From assembly GCA_964016885.1 (NCBI GenBank), contig OZ024750.1:11966001-12030000 (forward strand): a stretch of 64,000 bases of DNA, given 5' to 3'. A program made the translations under genes and the position numbers. Within the stretch, counting starts at the first letter, position 1; each line of letters opens with the position of its first letter. Origin of the DNA: Eledone cirrhosa. Lineage: Eukaryota. The notes beneath the pieces were generated by a model. The model searched no databases and was not told where the DNA came from. It saw nothing but the letters and a program-made list of their open reading frames with translations. This document shows positions 15,001-48,200 of this stretch, piece after piece.

Positions 15001-17982
15001 TTTGTTTAAGATGAACAGAAGACTAGAGCAGTGGTTAAAAAACTGTTTTCTCGTGGAACCTGTATGAAATTTTCCAAAAATCACAGAATCTGTAAATATA
15101 TTTTATGGACAGTCTCAACCATTGTAATGTTTGAGACATTAAATGTAACAAAATTGTTTTAGAGAAAGAATTTATTTTTATAAATATGACATTTTTGTTA
15201 AACTCATTTTGGCAAACACTGCATTAGAGTAATGGTCTGGTGTCAAACTGGTGGTTTTAGAACCCAAATTACTGTTCTTTGAACACAGAACTGAATATCA
15301 TGGCAGACAAATGGCAAGTATAATCAGTAAAACATAAGCCAGGAAAATACAGTGGTATTATATTATATATCTTTACAGTTTAATGAGAGTAATGATGAGC
15401 TCAACCTTTTCAAAATATGTTTTTGAGCTGTTTGATATTTAAACAAAATAGTGAATGCGTTCATGATGATTCACTTAATCAAAAATTGTGGTATTTTAAG
15501 ATTCTTTAGTACATTAGTCAATGTAAAGAGGAAGACTATAAGTTCTGATGGTCATTTCATTATTTCATAAAGTTGTATTTATTTTCAGACCAATAGAAAT
15601 TTGATTTTGTAGGCGCATTGAAGGAAGATATGATAGATAAGTTGACAAGTTAGGTGAGTAAATATAGTTAGTGGTGTGAGATTCAATAGACAAGTGGCAA
15701 TAGAATTAGTTAGAGCATTGCACTATATAAACATTCCTGTCAACGATTGTTTTCAGTAGAAGAAAAGCTGTGTAGTTAGGTCACATAACTTCTAATCTAC
15801 TCCTGAGTAGAAAAAGAAAACTATTTAGTTCAGAATAGAAATTAAGGTGTGAATTTCAGTCAGGTAAATTCCCGTGACTCTCTTAAATAGAAAAAATATC
15901 CTACCTGTTAACTTCAAAGCCATCTTCTGTAAAAGAATCTTAAAGAAATAGCAAAATCAGAATACTGAATATTGCATTGCACTTATTTAATTAGTGATTT
16001 AACACATTTAATGAAAATTATGTCTTTAAAAATCACAAACGCACACACATTCACATATATATGTATATATATATAAGTATGTACTGTTTAAAACATGACT
16101 TTGCTCAAGTTTATTCATAAGAATTTCTGTATTTACTGTATATACTTAAATATAAGCTGAGGAATATTTAACCAAAAAATCAATGGTAAAATTGGTGGTG
16201 GTTGGCGGGGTCAGCTTATTATGCCATCTAAACGTGTTGATTTGCTGCCCTGTCTTATAAATAGGGTTTGGATTTTTGCCTATTTCTCAAGCATGAAATA
16301 GTGAGGTCAGTTTATATTCGAGTATATGCAGTAGTTAATCCTATCTATTTCATTTAGTAAAATACAAATACACTGACATACCTAGGCACCTTCTCGGTCT
16401 AATCTTCAGGATGTAGTGTGGTTATTGGTGACATTCTCTAACAGGTAGAAGTCATAGGAATAACATGTTAATAATGACATTATCAGATTTGAAGTAAGTT
16501 TTAGACTATTAACAACTTTAATAAGATCAGGAACTGGTTGAAGTTTGTTACTAATAGTCTCTTTATCCAGAAAATAAAACCAGGAAGTTATTAATTAGTA
16601 TCATCTGCTGGCCTTCCATTACCACAGATGAAATTTTTGTTAATTAATGGCTTCAGGAAAGTCGGGTACAGGGAGGCACTTCTGGGGTGTTGATGTTCAG
16701 AAACGGAACAACTGGGTGTAACTGAGGAGACACAATATAGGTGAAGAGAGAAAAGATGTGCAATGCAAGAGTTCCTGAATATAGATGGTATGAGAGTGAC
16801 CAGTTCTAAAGAGCAGAGGCCATTGTAGTAACTGTAGATAAGTTAGAGTAGCTAACACTTTTGTAGGCCATTAGATTGTGTTTGTCAGTGACTTCCTGAT
16901 AACTAGTTGAGTGGCTTTCTGTGGCTCTGTTTTGAGTGTCTCTATATCTAACACCACTCTAGGTATGGAAGCTATATTCCACTGAGTGCCCCGCTATCTA
17001 ACAGTAGCTTCACTCCAGGTGTGGAATCTATATTCCAATGTAGGTCTATCTAACAGGAGCATCACTCCAGGTGTTGAAGCTATATTCCACTGAGTGTCCC
17101 TCTATCTAGCAGTAGGTTCACTCCAGGTGTGGGAGCTATAGTCTGTGGGTCTCACATGAACTTTGTAGAGGGTTAATTGTTGTGGGTTGAAATATTTTCT
17201 GGCTCTGATGAGAAAAGCCAGGTCTCAGGGGAAGTATTGAAAAGAAGTGATCCTCAGTAACAACAAAGCTTAACATTTGAAGTAATAGTGAGGACCCTAA
17301 TTAAGTATTGCTCATGTTTAAGGGGAGGATAAGGTAAATAATGTTTCCTTTATATGTCCTAGTGATTATATTATTATTTACTGTTGTATAAAAAGGACAA
17401 GGCTGGGAAGACGTTTTCAAGATCTCTATTTGTGGAGTCAGTGCAGATTTTGGCATAAGATGTCTAGACTACATGTGGATGACTCAAATATTAATGAAAG
17501 CTAAGGAAATATTGAAACAATCCTTAATAAAAAATAAAATTTGAGCTTGGTCATATTTTTAATAATACATATTTAAAAGAAAAGGTGTCTAAACATGTTA
17601 TGTATGTGTCTATATATATATATATATATATAACAAAGAAAGTGTGGTAAGATACCTGGTGGACCATAATGCACCAGAGTACTCAATACTTAGGGTAGTA
17701 GAGTGGGTAATAGGAAAAGAGGCAGGACCCCGCCGGCTGAGCTCCGGCCATTTCGACAGCTAGACCCAAACGAGTTCGGATCTATCTGTCAAAATGGCCA
17801 GAGGGGTCCTGTCTCTTTCCTCGTATATATATCGAATTAGTTCCACAACAAATTAGCAAACCATACTCGAGGGTGTGCATATCACCTAGCAGATTTGTTG
17901 TGGAACTAACTCTTTATTGAACTCGTCCTTTGGACTGAATGCTCTACTTACTACGGATATAACCTCCAGGTATTTTACCACA

Positions 17983-18015
<33 letters not shown>

Positions 18016-18545
18016 TGCACATAGGTATGTATGTAGAAATTGTTTCTAGTAGAAACAAAAAACTGGTAAGACTGGAATTAGCTTAAAAACAAATTGTCAC
18101 TTCTAATCATCTGCATTGGAATTTGAAGAAAGAATGCAGCAAAGGTAAGATTTTTTTTTTCTTTATTATTATTATATTGTTGTTTTTGTTTTGCATATCT
18201 GTTGATAACCTTTTTAAAAACTTATATCATTGAATAAAACATCAGATTACATCCACCATAGTTTCAGTAAGCCATATATATCTTCGTTTAACGTCCATTT
18301 TCCATGCTAGAAGGGTTAGATGAGTTGTCCCATTAGAGGTAAGTTGGGTCAGGTGACTGTGTCTTGCTCATATAGAACTGTTTCTGGCTAGGTTTCTACA
18401 ACTGGATGCTCTTCGTGATGCCAACCACATTTAGTGTGTGCTGGGTGCTTTTTGTCGTGACTCCTACACGACCACTTTACAGTATGGACTGGGTGCTTTT
18501 TGTTGTGACACCTACATGACCATCTTACAGTGTGGGCTGGATGCT

Positions 18546-18580
<35 letters not shown>

Positions 18581-19409
18581 ATACAACATGGCTAAATGCT
18601 AAAGAAGTTCACTTGACAATGATGAGGTTACAAGTTCAATCCTGTTGTGTGGTAACAGTCTATTATTAGTAGTTGTCAGAGAAGGTGACTGCGATTGAAA
18701 CATTTGAAACTGTTTTGGTAGAACCAGTGACACACCAATGTACACTTATGGTGGGGACAATGTACATAAGTTGTGGGGATCTTTATCATTTTCCTTGGAT
18801 TCTAGATTTCATCTAAATTAGATATCTAATGATATTGTAATTGTGGAAAAGGTTATGTTAGATATTTAGAAATATTATTAGTAACTTGCACTTATGTGTA
18901 AAAACTTCTTTTAAGTTCTCAAATGAAATAGATTTATCTATTTATGGTAGTCTCTGAGTGGGAAAATATATTTTGGGACATAGTTGAACCACCTATGAAA
19001 TTTCTGTTGAGCTGTGAATAGACTATATTTGGGGGACATAGTCATACCACCTACTCTGAAATTGCTGTCAAGCTGTGAATAGAATACTGCATTTTCTTTT
19101 GATACAAATAATCTGACCTTTAACCAAATAAAGGTTTAAATGCCTTTTTCTTGTTGTAAAAAGACATTCCTCTTGATAATAATTTCACAATGTCTGACCT
19201 CGCTAATTCATTGGTTTAATATTTAAGTTTTGTTTTTCTATTTCAGTAATGCATCAATGCCTTCCAGCTCTAGTGAAAGCACACTTAAGTCTCGTGATAA
19301 TAGCTTCACATTTAATGCAGGGGAATCTTTAGCTGAGGCTTTTAGTGAAGAGATGCTTGCTTGGTATGAAGATCAAGAATCATCCAAAAAACACCCAACT
19401 CTTGTTTGA
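78..19409 (+). CDS. 3' part of a Ser/Pro/Gln-rich scaffold protein with C-terminal PDZ-binding motif (possibly FRMD4/CCDC120/Stepping-stone family); probably 5'-incomplete
   Basis: Exons 78-190, 7154-8668 and 19247-19409 join in frame (both introns phase 2, ag/gt). Product: MEIIQDNPIYDH...EVSKPFETSDFFKYSEKLRR...polyQ/polyS...SLAEAFSEEMLAWYEDQESSKKHPTLV*. The gene structure is seen directly. The family call rests on recalled similarity of the KPFExSDFxKYS block and W..D..K..TLV tail and is tentative. Confidence 0.75.
893..1215. repeat. Minisatellite, ~33-bp core
   Basis: Repeated GATGGTCATAGTTTGACCATGTCTGCTACAT. Confidence 0.85.
1488..1730. repeat. Tandem ~48-bp units derived from the SINE/RTE 3' tail
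   Basis: Repeated CTTTACAGAGTGTACTGGGTGTATTTTATCATGGTACCAGCACTA inside a minus-strand tail copy. Confidence 0.8.
4586..4693. repeat. (CAC/CAT)n microsatellite
   Basis: Direct reading. Confidence 0.95.
5575..5912. repeat. Minisatellite, 67-bp unit x ~5
   Basis: Units start at 5575, 5642, 5709, 5776 and 5843. Confidence 0.92.
6018..6242. mobile_element. TTAA-flanked MITE, family B
   Basis: TTAA-CCCTTTC...GGG-TTAA. The internal block 'tttctaatgaaata..ctattttaattaattaatgaagaa..gagagatttactaaaatta' recurs at ~52410-52560, with weaker copies at ~27793 and ~32238. Confidence 0.65.
6684..7037. repeat. Minisatellite, ~40-bp unit
   Basis: Repeated TAATCTACCCTAACTCCTTAAATTATGTTCTACCATAGTATGT. Confidence 0.9.
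9920..10310. repeat. Minisatellite, ~42-50-bp unit with variable (CA)n
   Basis: Repeated TGTCTGGTTAATATTAATAGTTTAGAATGAATATCCACACA. Confidence 0.92.
11714..11933. mobile_element. piggyBac-type MITE, family A (opposite orientation)
   Basis: TTAA-CCCTTTA...TACTAAAGGG-TTAA; reverse-complement similarity to 44620-44817. Confidence 0.78.
14068..14270 (+). mobile_element. tRNA-derived SINE with Deu/Nin-like central block
   Basis: A-box-like GGATTGGCAGTATCGG, B-box GAGTTCAAATCC, core CTTTGCCTTTCATCCTTATGGGGTCGATAAAATAAAG, (ATT)n tail. Relatives at ~21460-21600, ~36620-36790 (-), ~37900-38115 and ~50005-50150. Confidence 0.8.
16935..17142. repeat. Degenerate tandem repeat, ~50-60 bp
   Basis: Repeated CTATCTAACAG..CACTCCAGGTGTGGAAGCTATATTCCACTGAGTG. 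Confidence 0.75.
17632..17985. mobile_element. Unclassified (TA)n-embedded branched fold-back element
   Basis: (TA)n on both sides, terminal inverted repeats GTGGTAAGATACCTGG / CCAGGTATTTTACCAC, and two internal hairpins. A partial relative lies at 53200-53430. Confidence 0.7.
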
Positions 19410-22400
19410 ATCTTCCATAAATCATTGGAACAGGTTTGTTTAACATTTGTATTTATTTATATAACCACTGGACTAGTGATGGTAATAATATTGAATATGT
19501 TAACTTTCTGGAGTCTAGGATTGGTATGTCATTCATATATACCAGAATTACTGGTAGATGAACAATCATATAAAATGGGAAATTTGCATAAGAGAAACCC
19601 TATAGTTTATGTTGATTACTGACACGTGGAAGTAATTAAACTTAAGAAATGATATTTGAATTATTTATTTCCAGTATACAATTACATAAATGTTCTGCAT
19701 ATCTGTACATTGTTTAGTGTCGGTTGTATAATCTCAGACAGGTCAACATTCAAGTGAAACTACTGACCTCCAGGTCATTAGATATGTTTCTCAATTTTTA
19801 TTTGTCATCTCTGGCAGTTGTTTCATACACAAAAACGTATACAAGCTATAGCTTATTTTTGTGTCAGTACTGAGTGAATAACAATTGAGAAACACATGTC
19901 TGGCGTTCTCGCACAGCTACTGAGATAGCTGTAAGAAATTCATAGTGAGACTTTTGTATGTTTATTGTACATAAACATTGTGAACCAAGCTATGTTAGTG
20001 CTACTGTTAATATATATATATATATATATATATATTCTCTCTAAATACACACACAAGTGTGACAGAAAAATGTTTTGGTCTTTTTTTGAAGTCTGTGTTA
20101 CCTCATATGTTGAAAGACAAACACATTTTCTCACAGGTGTTGCACTAAGGAATACCATTAGCTACAGTTTCAATATTGTTGAATGATATTCTGTAGAATA
20201 TGAAACCAAAGTACTTTCAATAAATAGCAAACCTACCTGTCATCAGAGTGAAAGTCTTTTTTAAATGTCTGTCATTATCACGTTCATTCTTATGTCATAA
20301 ACAATCTATCTCTCAACTCCTCACCTTTTTCTTCATGCTATATATATGTTGCAGGAGAAACAGCTCTTATATAACGCAGATGTCCTCCTAAAGCACATTG
20401 TTTGAAACTGTAAATTATTGATTATAAAAATATATCGACAAACAATTTACCTTATAAAATATTAATTTCATTTCGTTTTATTTAATTAGGTTAATTGGAA
20501 AACAGGACACAGAACACCTGTGTGAAATGGCTGTCAATTTCCAAGATAAGAATCAAATGTTTGGTGAACTAATTCAAGAAGAGACCAAAGAACTGATCTT
20601 TGAATCCGAAACAGAGCAGTGAATGTTGTATTGTTTAATTGTCCATAAAAAACGGCATATATTATTCCATGAACACTGCCAACAGATATAAACAATATAA
20701 CTTACAGATATTGTTCTGTAATAAGGGCATCTTAGTTGATCTATAACATTATTCTGAAATAGAAACCATCAAATTTCTGTTTCCCATATACACACATACA
20801 ATCTTTTGCTGAGATATAAGTTTGGTGGGAAATCAGATTTGAACTAACAAGATATTTCTGATGACAAAAATAGAGAAATAACAGCCATTATATAAGAGTG
20901 CGTATATGAAAGAGAGAATGTGTGAGTGTGTATAATGTTTTCTTTTTGGGGGATCTACGTTAATTGTAGGATCTATGGAATTTTATATTGGGAACGTTCT
21001 AGCTCCCTAATCATGTGAAATTAGTTTCTACAACTGATTATCTGGTCTTATTCCATCCACAATCCAACTCTGTGCTTCCTCTACTTAGAAATGGTAGAAA
21101 ACACGATACTTCTCGGTGTCGAACACTCCAAGAGAACTTCCCTAATCTTCTGTGTGTCACAACTGGAGAATTAACATTTAAACTGCACCATTGCTAACGA
21201 CAATTCTAAACCTACATTTCTAACGGGTAATTAACTAGCCACTTCTGGCTGCAAAATGAGATTAATTTAATCTCATTTCAATACCAGAGTATAAAGAACA
21301 CATGACAGTAATATCTTCATTTTAATACCAGGGTATATCTGTAAAGCAGACATTGCAATAAGGATTTTATAAATTATCTCAATCTGAAGATAAAAAAAAA
21401 AAAACTCCCTGGTAAAAGTACTGAAATTATGAACCACAATATTATTATAAAGACTATAAGGGCAGTGGATGCCATGCTTTGTAGCAAAGGGTTACGGCCC
21501 TTTATGGTCTGAAGTTAACTTTGCCTTTCATCCTTACGGGGTCGATAAAATAAAGTACCAGTAATTTGCTGGCCTTGTGCCAAAAGTAGAAACAATTATT
21601 ATAAAGACTAGATCTAAACTTATTATTCAAACTTACATTATCCGAAATAAGGAAGACACTTTATGTATAACTGTTGTAACATCAGCTATCTACCACATTA
21701 CAAGGCAGACTGTACAGTTATTATTCCAGAAGAGATAGATATGTGACATACCGAGGGTGTATGATGAATTGTTGGCTACCTCTGTGCCAAAGGCCTGCTC
21801 ATACTGAGCTGACCAGGGCTACTTAACTAAAAACAAATAGTTGATTTTTTTTTATTTATATATATATCAAAATTGACTGATGCAGAAAAATATGTTTCCA
21901 TCATACTCTACGGCTGGAGAAATCCACCATATTTACAGATTTAAATTCTAGATAATCAATTGTAAAATTTCATCTTACTTACATTTATTAACTGTTATTA
22001 AATGTCTATCCCATTTATTCTTGAAGCAAAGAAAACTTCTGTGGATGTAAATAGAATGACAATAGTTGAATATTATTAAAACAGGGCTTTTCCTGCTGTT
22101 GAATTTTTAGTTAAAACACTTTATATATTATATACCTTCGTGCAATCCTCATGACATTTCTTCAATAAAATGTTTTTTAAAATTGTCTTTTATTTTCTTA
22201 GTCTTTATTTACCTTCTTGCTTGCAATCAAAAGATTGTGAGCTCAATTCTCGGACCAGGTGATGTGTTGTTTCCTTGAGCAAGACACTTTATTTCAGCTG
22301 TAGAAATGAGATGATAGGACTGGGGTCCCTATCATTAAATTACCTAAGAGGAGGCCAGCTAAACCTGCATAGGTGTGAGCTGTCACACACAGCCATGGCT

Positions 22401-22491
22401 TTAAGAAATTCACTATATATATCTCTATCAATGTGTGGCAGTTATATGCGATGATGATGTTATTGAACAATTAAACATGAAATTATTAGTC

Positions 22492-22535
22492 AATAAATAA
22501 ATAAAACAAAGAAAATTAAATCTGAAGACTTTATT
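22492..22535. terminator. Convergent polyadenylation signals (scaffold gene on +, ATE1 on -)
   Basis: Overlapping AATAAA hexamers at 22492-22505 (+) and TTTATT at 22530-22535 (AATAAA on -). Usage is inferred. Confidence 0.4.
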
Positions 22536-23358
22536 GTTTCATCAGATTACAAAAAGAACAGAATTCAGTTAAATATTTTGTTATTAATTACTTTAAAGTT
22601 CACCTCAGACTGAAAAAAAGAAAAGCTTAGACTTCATGATGATTTAAGCATTGTAAAATTTGTAGCTGAGTTAAGATGGTTTAATAATATTGCAGCATCA
22701 CTTTATGAACAGACACTGAACAGCTGAGTTAAATATGTAAGATTACCGGATTGGAAAAGATTTGACTGCTATTTCTAGCAAGTCAAAATGAGTAAGCATA
22801 TGACATACCAAGCTTTGGAGTGATTTAATTGCTATTTCTAGCAGGTTAAGCTGAGTAAACATTATCATCTTTGGAGCAATTTCACTGCCATTTCTAGCAG
22901 GTTAAGCAATCCATATATTACCAGCTTTAGAGATTTGACTGCTATTTCTAGTAGGTGGAGCAACCCTTGTAAAAGTCAAGTCAACATAATCTTTAGATAT
23001 CTACTCCTTGGGATCTGATTAAATAGCTTTTCAGATAACTTGGTTCTTGTGAACATCTAGGATTTGGTGGGGGTTGTTGGTAATTCTATAAGAATCGTTT
23101 TACAGGGAACAATGAGAATAAGAAGCTTGTGTTGCAAAGCTAAATAGATTGGAGATGCAATGTGCATGGCATGATTTCTCAGAGTTAATTTAGACAATGA
23201 GGAATTACAGATTTTATAAAAGACAGTCTGTTCTAGCTGAAGACTTGAGTTATTTCGATTAACTATTACAATGTTGTTTTTCCTAATGTTGAACTTATCA
23301 GTTAAAAACTAATGAAAGAAATATTGCCATTACATTCCTGTCTATTGATCTAAATTAA

Positions 23359-23507
23359 CCCTTTAACATTTGCTCTATATTTACTATTATATTTTCCAGT
23401 AAAGGCTTTATCTCACATATCAAATCTACGAGATTTTGATATTTATTTTGACAATACCTTAATGTCAATATGAGTGGCCAGATACGACTGGCTTAAAGGC
23501 TAAAGGG
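23359..23507. mobile_element. piggyBac-type MITE, family A (opposite orientation; likely in ATE1 3' UTR)
   Basis: TTAA-CCCTTTAACATT...GCTAAAGGG-TTAA; reverse-complement similarity to 55105-55298. Confidence 0.75.
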
Positions 23508-23655
23508 TTAATGAAATGGCAAGAACAAAAGTGATAGAAATAAAAACAGTAAAAGCATCATAGAAATAAAGAAGCTGTCATCCACTCAAATATACATTGA
23601 ATTTTAAAATAATTTATAATTTGATTCCAAGCAGAAAGATAATAATGAATTAAAG

Positions 23656-35156
<11,501 letters not shown>

Positions 35157-35721
35157 GTTGAAAACAATAAACAGCAGTAGAAACTGTTCCGAGGTTAATT
35201 ATTCATAATTACGTCTGAAATACAGAAATTATTATTCAGTCACTAAAATATTGACGAAGAATAGAAAATACTATTTAAACATTTTTAGATCAGTTTAATT
35301 TGCAGCAAATGTTTTAAAAATTTATTTTACGTCAGTAATAATTGTCTGTTAATTTCAACAAACCATTAGCAAGTATATTTTCATCTCTGTACTTGATACA
35401 TGTGTTAACAACGAATTTCCTGATTTATATAAATACATGTAGACTAACATGTTATAAAAGGTGTGGTTAATGTTACACAACATTGATCACTGATTTAACA
35501 ATTTTACACAGAATCTCTTCTAGAGGAAGACATTCATACAATTTGTTTATATTTCTTGATAAACTTACCACAGTTTTAAATATATGTCGTCTGCATTCTA
35601 ATTCTCACCGGAACTACTTGTTAAGAGTTCAACTAATAAAATATAATCAAGTTACACACACGTAAGGAGTTTCGTTCTCCACAGATATAGCCTTGCAATC
35701 TATTTATTTACATTGGTACAG
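35157..35721. promoter_or_regulatory. Probable bidirectional promoter/5' UTR region of ATE1 and BCKDHB
   Basis: Divergent start codons only 565 bp apart. No obvious repeats in the interval. TSS positions are not determinable. Confidence 0.7.
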
Positions 35722-45069
<9,348 letters not shown>

Positions 45070-46599
45070 ATGGATTGCAACAATTATATTTTGCTTTCAA
45101 ATGTAGATACCTGAAATCAATCAATCAATAACATTGTACAGTTTTTAAGGGCAGCTCTGTGTATTCTCAAAAAAAAAAAAATAATAATAATAATAAATGC
45201 ACACACAGGAAAAAAAGTGTATGGATTTGAATAAACTTAATAATTATTTCTAAAATAATCTTTTACTAGTTTCAGCTGTGGTCATACTGGAGCTTCTTTT
45301 TTTTTTCTAGTTAAAGTTTTCTTTGGAACCTTGTTGCTAAATATAGTTGTTGTTATTAATGTTATTGTTTAGCCCCAAATCAACTCTGATCTAGCAGACT
45401 TCTGACCAAAACTATTCCAGTAGGATCATCCATTTTCTTTTTACAAACTTCTTAACCATTTGGCCATGCAGCAGCCTCTCTAGTGAAAGTTAATTCCAAA
45501 GAAATGAATAACAGAGTTCAATGAAGTGTTGCTTCTATTAATAAAGTATTTTTCTCTCTATGTAAACATGTTAGAAGTGGAAGCACATGGCCTAGTGGTT
45601 AGGGTGTTCAACTTATGATTATAAGGTGGTGTGTTTGGTTCCTGGTCAGGACAGCGTGTTGCTCCTTCTGCCAAGAGTTACGACCAGTAGATAGAATCAG
45701 CAATAGAAAGATTGTTCCCTAGGTTCGATCTGACAATCGATTTATTAGGAGTGCAATGCTGAGTATGGCTATTGAATGTGGATGATCTATATAGGTTGAA
45801 GAGGGGAGGACTTTACTGTTACATCCCCAATTTCTTTTAAAATAATTACTGCTTAGCTCTAGATTATTCCTAATTATCTGGTTACATTATATAAGATGAC
45901 AACATAATGTAACCAGATCTACAGTTACTGCTAGCCCTAGACATTCATGTCATCTGGTATGATGTAACCAGATCTAGTTACCTCTAATCCTAGACATTCA
46001 TCCTATCATCTTGTATAATATAACCTGATTTACAGTTATCTGACCTATCTAGCCTCAGTATATGACAGCCTGTCTCCCCCCATGCAAGCATAGAAAATAG
46101 ATGTTAAATGCTTCCATACTGAGTTGGTTTGTGAAGAACCATCCAAACCTGGCTAGCAGGGAATATAGACAGTAAATAATGATGATGATGAAATATACCC
46201 TGGCTAGCAGGGAACGTGGAAAGTAAATGATGATGATGAAAAATAAAGTATTTATTTATGAACAGAAATTTACAATTTGAATATCAGAGGAATGCAAATA
46301 AGAGGTAGGTATATTATCATATCTATTAAAATGTTCTGTTCAGGTACGAAATTAGATGGTAGCCTTTATAATGTTATGTAATATCATTATTATGTAATTA
46401 CAGAGCTCTTCTACTGATGTAGAGCTCTCTCAACGTTAATTATTACATTACACACAGACACACACATATATATATATATCTTTTAATTTGGTTATTATGG
46501 TTCTAGATAAAGTCTATTGAGCTTACTGATTGAGAAACACAAAATTCTAAACATATTTGATATGTTTTGATTCATCGTAGACTTTATATGTGGCCGATG

Positions 46600-47560
46600 C
46601 TCAGATGCAATAGGTAACAAGTGTCCACAGGATACTAGCCCCTGCTATTTTCCAGATGGTTCTATAGAAATAGTAGACACTTTCCATTACCTGGGTGACG
46701 AAATCAGCAGTGGTGGAGGGTGTTCTGAAAGTAGCCAGAGTCAGAACAGGATGGAAAAAGTTCAGAGAGCTTATACCGCTGTTGGCCACAAAAGGTTTCT
46801 CTCTAAAAATAAAAGGCAGATTGTATGATACTTGTATACGAACAGCAATGCTACATGGCAGTGAGTGCAAAGGACCTGCGTAGACTGGAAAGGAACGAAG
46901 CATGCATGCTCCGTTGGATGTGTAATAGTAATATACGTGAATGGCAAAGCATAAATGAACTAAGTGAGAAATTAGGAATAAGAGGGATCAGATGCTGTTT
47001 ACTCGAGAGAAGACTACGTTGGTATGAAAGACGACAGCTGTATAAAAAAGTGCAGGGCAATCAAAATTGATGGTAGTTACAGAGTAGGTAGACCCAGAAA
47101 AACCTGGGACGATCTGATAAATTCCGACCTCACACACGTCTAAGACAATGTCACTGGACCGAGATCTTTGACGCTACGTAGTAATACAGAAGACCCGCCT
47201 TGCCTATGTACAAAGCGAAACCTACGGTCAGTAGGCACCTCTTAACCAAATATACACCCCAATCCACTACCCCTACCCTATCCTCCCACCAACACCACCC
47301 TCTCTATAAAGTTAGTACCACAACATCCAGTCCAAATAAATGAGATTGAGAAGGTGTCACGAGAAAAAAAACACACAGTCCACGCTGTAATGTGGCCGTG
47401 TAGGTAACACGGTAAAAAGTTCCCAGTTCCACACTGTAAATGTGGTTGGTGTTAGGAAGGGCATCCAGCCGTAGAAAACCTGCCAGATAGTCTTAAATGA
47501 GCGAGACACGGTCACCCAACCAACCTTGCCTAAAGTGGATGATAAACGAAGATGATGATG
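46600..47560 (+). mobile_element. RTE-clade LINE, 5'-truncated and degenerate
   Basis: ARVRTGWKKFRELIPLL..LKIKGRLYDTCIRTAMLHGSE..MLRWMC..RRLRWY..GRPRKTW, then a 3' UTR ending in (GAT)n. Confidence 0.9.
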
Positions 47561-47884
47561 ATATATATATATATACACGAGAGGGCACTGAAAAGTTCCT
47601 GGCTTTGGGTAAAAGAAAAAGAGGATCAGTTAATTATGATTTTATCCAACATATTCCCCTCTCGGATTCACACACTTATTGCAGCAGTCCTACCTCCCCT
47701 GTAAAGGTAACAGCTCTACCCTTTCGGAATACTATAAAGATAGCTTATAAAATCAGATGAAGACCCTTAAAAGAAGTTGCCATCGGCTGATGGTAACTTC
47801 TTTTTCCAACTTCAACACATCGTCCTTTATATTTATATGTATATATTTTTATCACTTAAAAGCCGTCAATTCAGCTTCGTACAT

Positions 47885-47932
<48 letters not shown>

Positions 47933-48200
47933 CACCAAGAGATAGCAACATGAATGGACCTGTTATTTTTCTCTAAAAACATTTTTTTCAAATTCCAACC
48001 CGCCCATACTTTCAATCTTTTTAATTTCTCATCCTTTCTTCTAATGAAGGACTGGCGTCCAAAACGGTAAGATCCTCTTCCTGCTATTTGAAGCATGAAC
48101 CTAATATATTCCTTCCATATACTGTACCAATTATGTTGTTATTTCTGTTTACCTTTTACATATATATATATATACACACATATATAGGTGTGTGTGTGTG

